A stretch of 43,803 nucleotides of DNA, taken from the NCBI GenBank assembly GCA_040004225.1, contig JBDUBI010000184.1:1-43803 (forward strand), given 5' to 3'. Below, piece after piece: positions 42,541-43,803 of this stretch. The translations under genes were made by a program, and so were the position numbers. This stretch comes from Acidobacteriota bacterium (GTDB lineage Bacteria > Acidobacteriota > Thermoanaerobaculia > UBA5066 > Gp7-AA6). Numbering within the stretch: the stretch's first letter is position 1; the number at the start of each line of letters is the position of its first letter. The notes beneath the pieces are model-generated. The model did not search any database, was not told the origin of the DNA, and was given only the letters and a program-made list of their open reading frames with translations.

Positions 42541-43296
42541 ATGAGCAACCTGAAAAAGCCTGCCGGTTTGCCGCTCACCTTGGAGAAGGGAGAAGTGCAC
42601 GTCTGGATAGCCGACATCGGACCGGCGGCTGAAGACGTCGCAAGACTCGGCCGCGTGCTCGATCGCGCTGAGGTGGCACGGGCGTCGCGCTTCCACTTCG
42701 ACAGAGACCGCGAAGCATTCACTCTTTCGAGAGGAAGCCTTCGGGTTCTGCTCGGACGTTACATCGGCCAGGTGCCAGAGCGGGTTCGGTTCGGATATGG
42801 GCCTTACGGAAAGCCTTACCTCGCGCCCGAAATGGGCTCTGAAGAGATTCATTTCAACATTTCACATACCGAGAATGTGGCCCTCTTCGCGTTCGGGCGC
42901 TCGATGGAGGTCGGGATCGACGTCGAGCGAGTTCGCGCTCTCCCGGACCTGGAAGATCTCGCCGAACGCTTCTTTTCGAGGGAGGAATCCGAGGCCCTGC
43001 GCAATTTGCCTGAAAACGATCGAGCCAGGGCGTTCTTCCGTTGCTGGACCTCCAAAGAGGCATACATCAAGGGCATCGGAGAAGGTCTCTCCATGCCCCT
43101 CGACAGCTTCGCGGTTGCGCTCGATCCGGCAGAGGGTCCGATTCGTCTGCGGCTCTTCGACGCCCCCGGTGCCGTTCTCCGCTGGCGTCTCCAGCGTTTC
43201 GAGCCCTCCGCGGGGTATGTGGCGGCGCTGGCCGTCGAAGGGGAGAGTTTCGAGCTGCGCTTTTGCGGACACCCTGAGGGCGAAGGACCGTGCTGA
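42541..43296 (+). CDS. Sfp-type 4'-phosphopantetheinyl transferase
   Basis: 'GEVHVWIADI', 'YGKPYL', 'HFNISHT', 'VGIDVERV', 'FFRCWTSKEAYIKGIGEGL'. The start is chosen at 'MSNLKK'; in-frame starts at 42466 and 42496 are possible. Confidence 0.85.
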   Translation: MSNLKKPAGLPLTLEKGEVHVWIADIGPAAEDVARLGRVLDRAEVARASRFHFDRDREAFTLSRGSLRVLLGRYIGQVPERVRFGYGPYGKPYLAPEMGSEEIHFNISHTENVALFAFGRSMEVGIDVERVRALPDLEDLAERFFSREESEALRNLPENDRARAFFRCWTSKEAYIKGIGEGLSMPLDSFAVALDPAEGPIRLRLFDAPGAVLRWRLQRFEPSAGYVAALAVEGESFELRFCGHPEGEGPC

Positions 43297-43430
43297 GCGG
43301 CTGCCGTGCGGCTTGGCTTCCGCAAGAGTTGCGCGTCCCGGTGGCGGCCAGACGCGAGACGTCTTCGAGCGGGCGCGTGACTTGTCGAGAACGCATCTCG
43401 GACGCCCCTCCGAACTGAAGGGGAGCGAAC

Positions 43431-43802
43431 CTAGCGAATGACGGCGCGAGGACTCGTTCTTGGCGGAGCGGGGATCCGAACGGTGGGCGCTTGCTCCGAG
43501 AACAGGATGAAAACATTGAATCGGGGTCCAGTCGTGGGGGGCGTCGAGAAACCCGTTGGAAGAGCGCTCGAGAGGCCCGTCATTGGCAGGGAAATCGGAG
43601 AGCCGTCGTAGGTTCCCCTGAGGACGGGGGATCCGAAGAAGTTCTGAGCGTTTCGGATCTCGTAGGCTGCGCCCGGGGAGAGGACGCTCGAAAGGTCGAT
43701 CGAGACGGCGGGGGCATCGCCCCAGTTCAGAACGGTGATGTTGGCGCGTCCGGACTCGTACTGGTTGGGGCGCAGGAAGACGCGAGCGGCCGAAGGTCGG
43801 GA
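43431..43802 (-). CDS. Partial CDS (C-terminal 123 aa; the 5' end lies beyond the window), hypothetical secreted-protein-like
   Basis: An open minus-strand frame runs from the window edge to a TAG at 43431-43433, with GC-rich third codon positions. Translation: '...RVFLRPNQYESGRANITVLNWGDAPAVSIDLSSVLSPGAAYEIRNAQNFFGSPVLRGTYDGSPISLPMTG...FNVFILFSE...'. It is absent from the ORF track because no start codon lies within the window. Confidence 0.5.
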   Translation of the reverse strand, partial: SRPSAARVFLRPNQYESGRANITVLNWGDAPAVSIDLSSVLSPGAAYEIRNAQNFFGSPVLRGTYDGSPISLPMTGLSSALPTGFSTPPTTGPRFNVFILFSEQAPTVRIPAPPRTSPRAVIR

Positions 43803-43803
43803 G

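Overview
High-GC bacterial window dominated by one large hybrid NRPS/PKS biosynthetic gene cluster, all on the + strand (about 1.4-37.5 kb), read here as two operons. Operon 1 (1412-20209) encodes: C*-A-T-E NRPS; AsnB-like amidotransferase; acyl-ligase-ACP-luciferase-like-monooxygenase fusion; family III CoA-transferase; stand-alone C domain; bimodular NRPS. Operon 2 (20683-37505) encodes: CmlA-like metallo-beta-lactamase-fold protein; stand-alone A-T; KS-AT-ACP-aminotransferase-C-A(MT)-T megasynthase; terminal C-A-T-TE. Specificity codes read by eye are near-canonical for Asp (with an E domain, so D-Asp), Thr, Ala, Val, Gly and Asn. The PKS module has no reductive domains and is followed by an aminotransferase, which implies a beta-amino acyl unit as in iturin/microcystin logic. 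Gene order is not collinear with the inferred assembly order. The most unexplained signal is a 36-37 nt motif (ATGAA..N..GGTACCTCCCGGG) present six times. It occurs as two arrays of three spaced copies, in exactly the two large intergenic regions that precede the two operons. Downstream are a GT2 glycosyltransferase, a secreted protein with a Pro/Thr repeat linker and an IPTL-CTERM-like tail, a sulfatase-like/TPR protein, an Sfp-type PPTase and a partial minus-strand CDS. The left edge carries a frameshifted thioesterase-like remnant. No rRNA, tRNA, CRISPR or transposase was recognised. All calls are motif-level readings without database searches.
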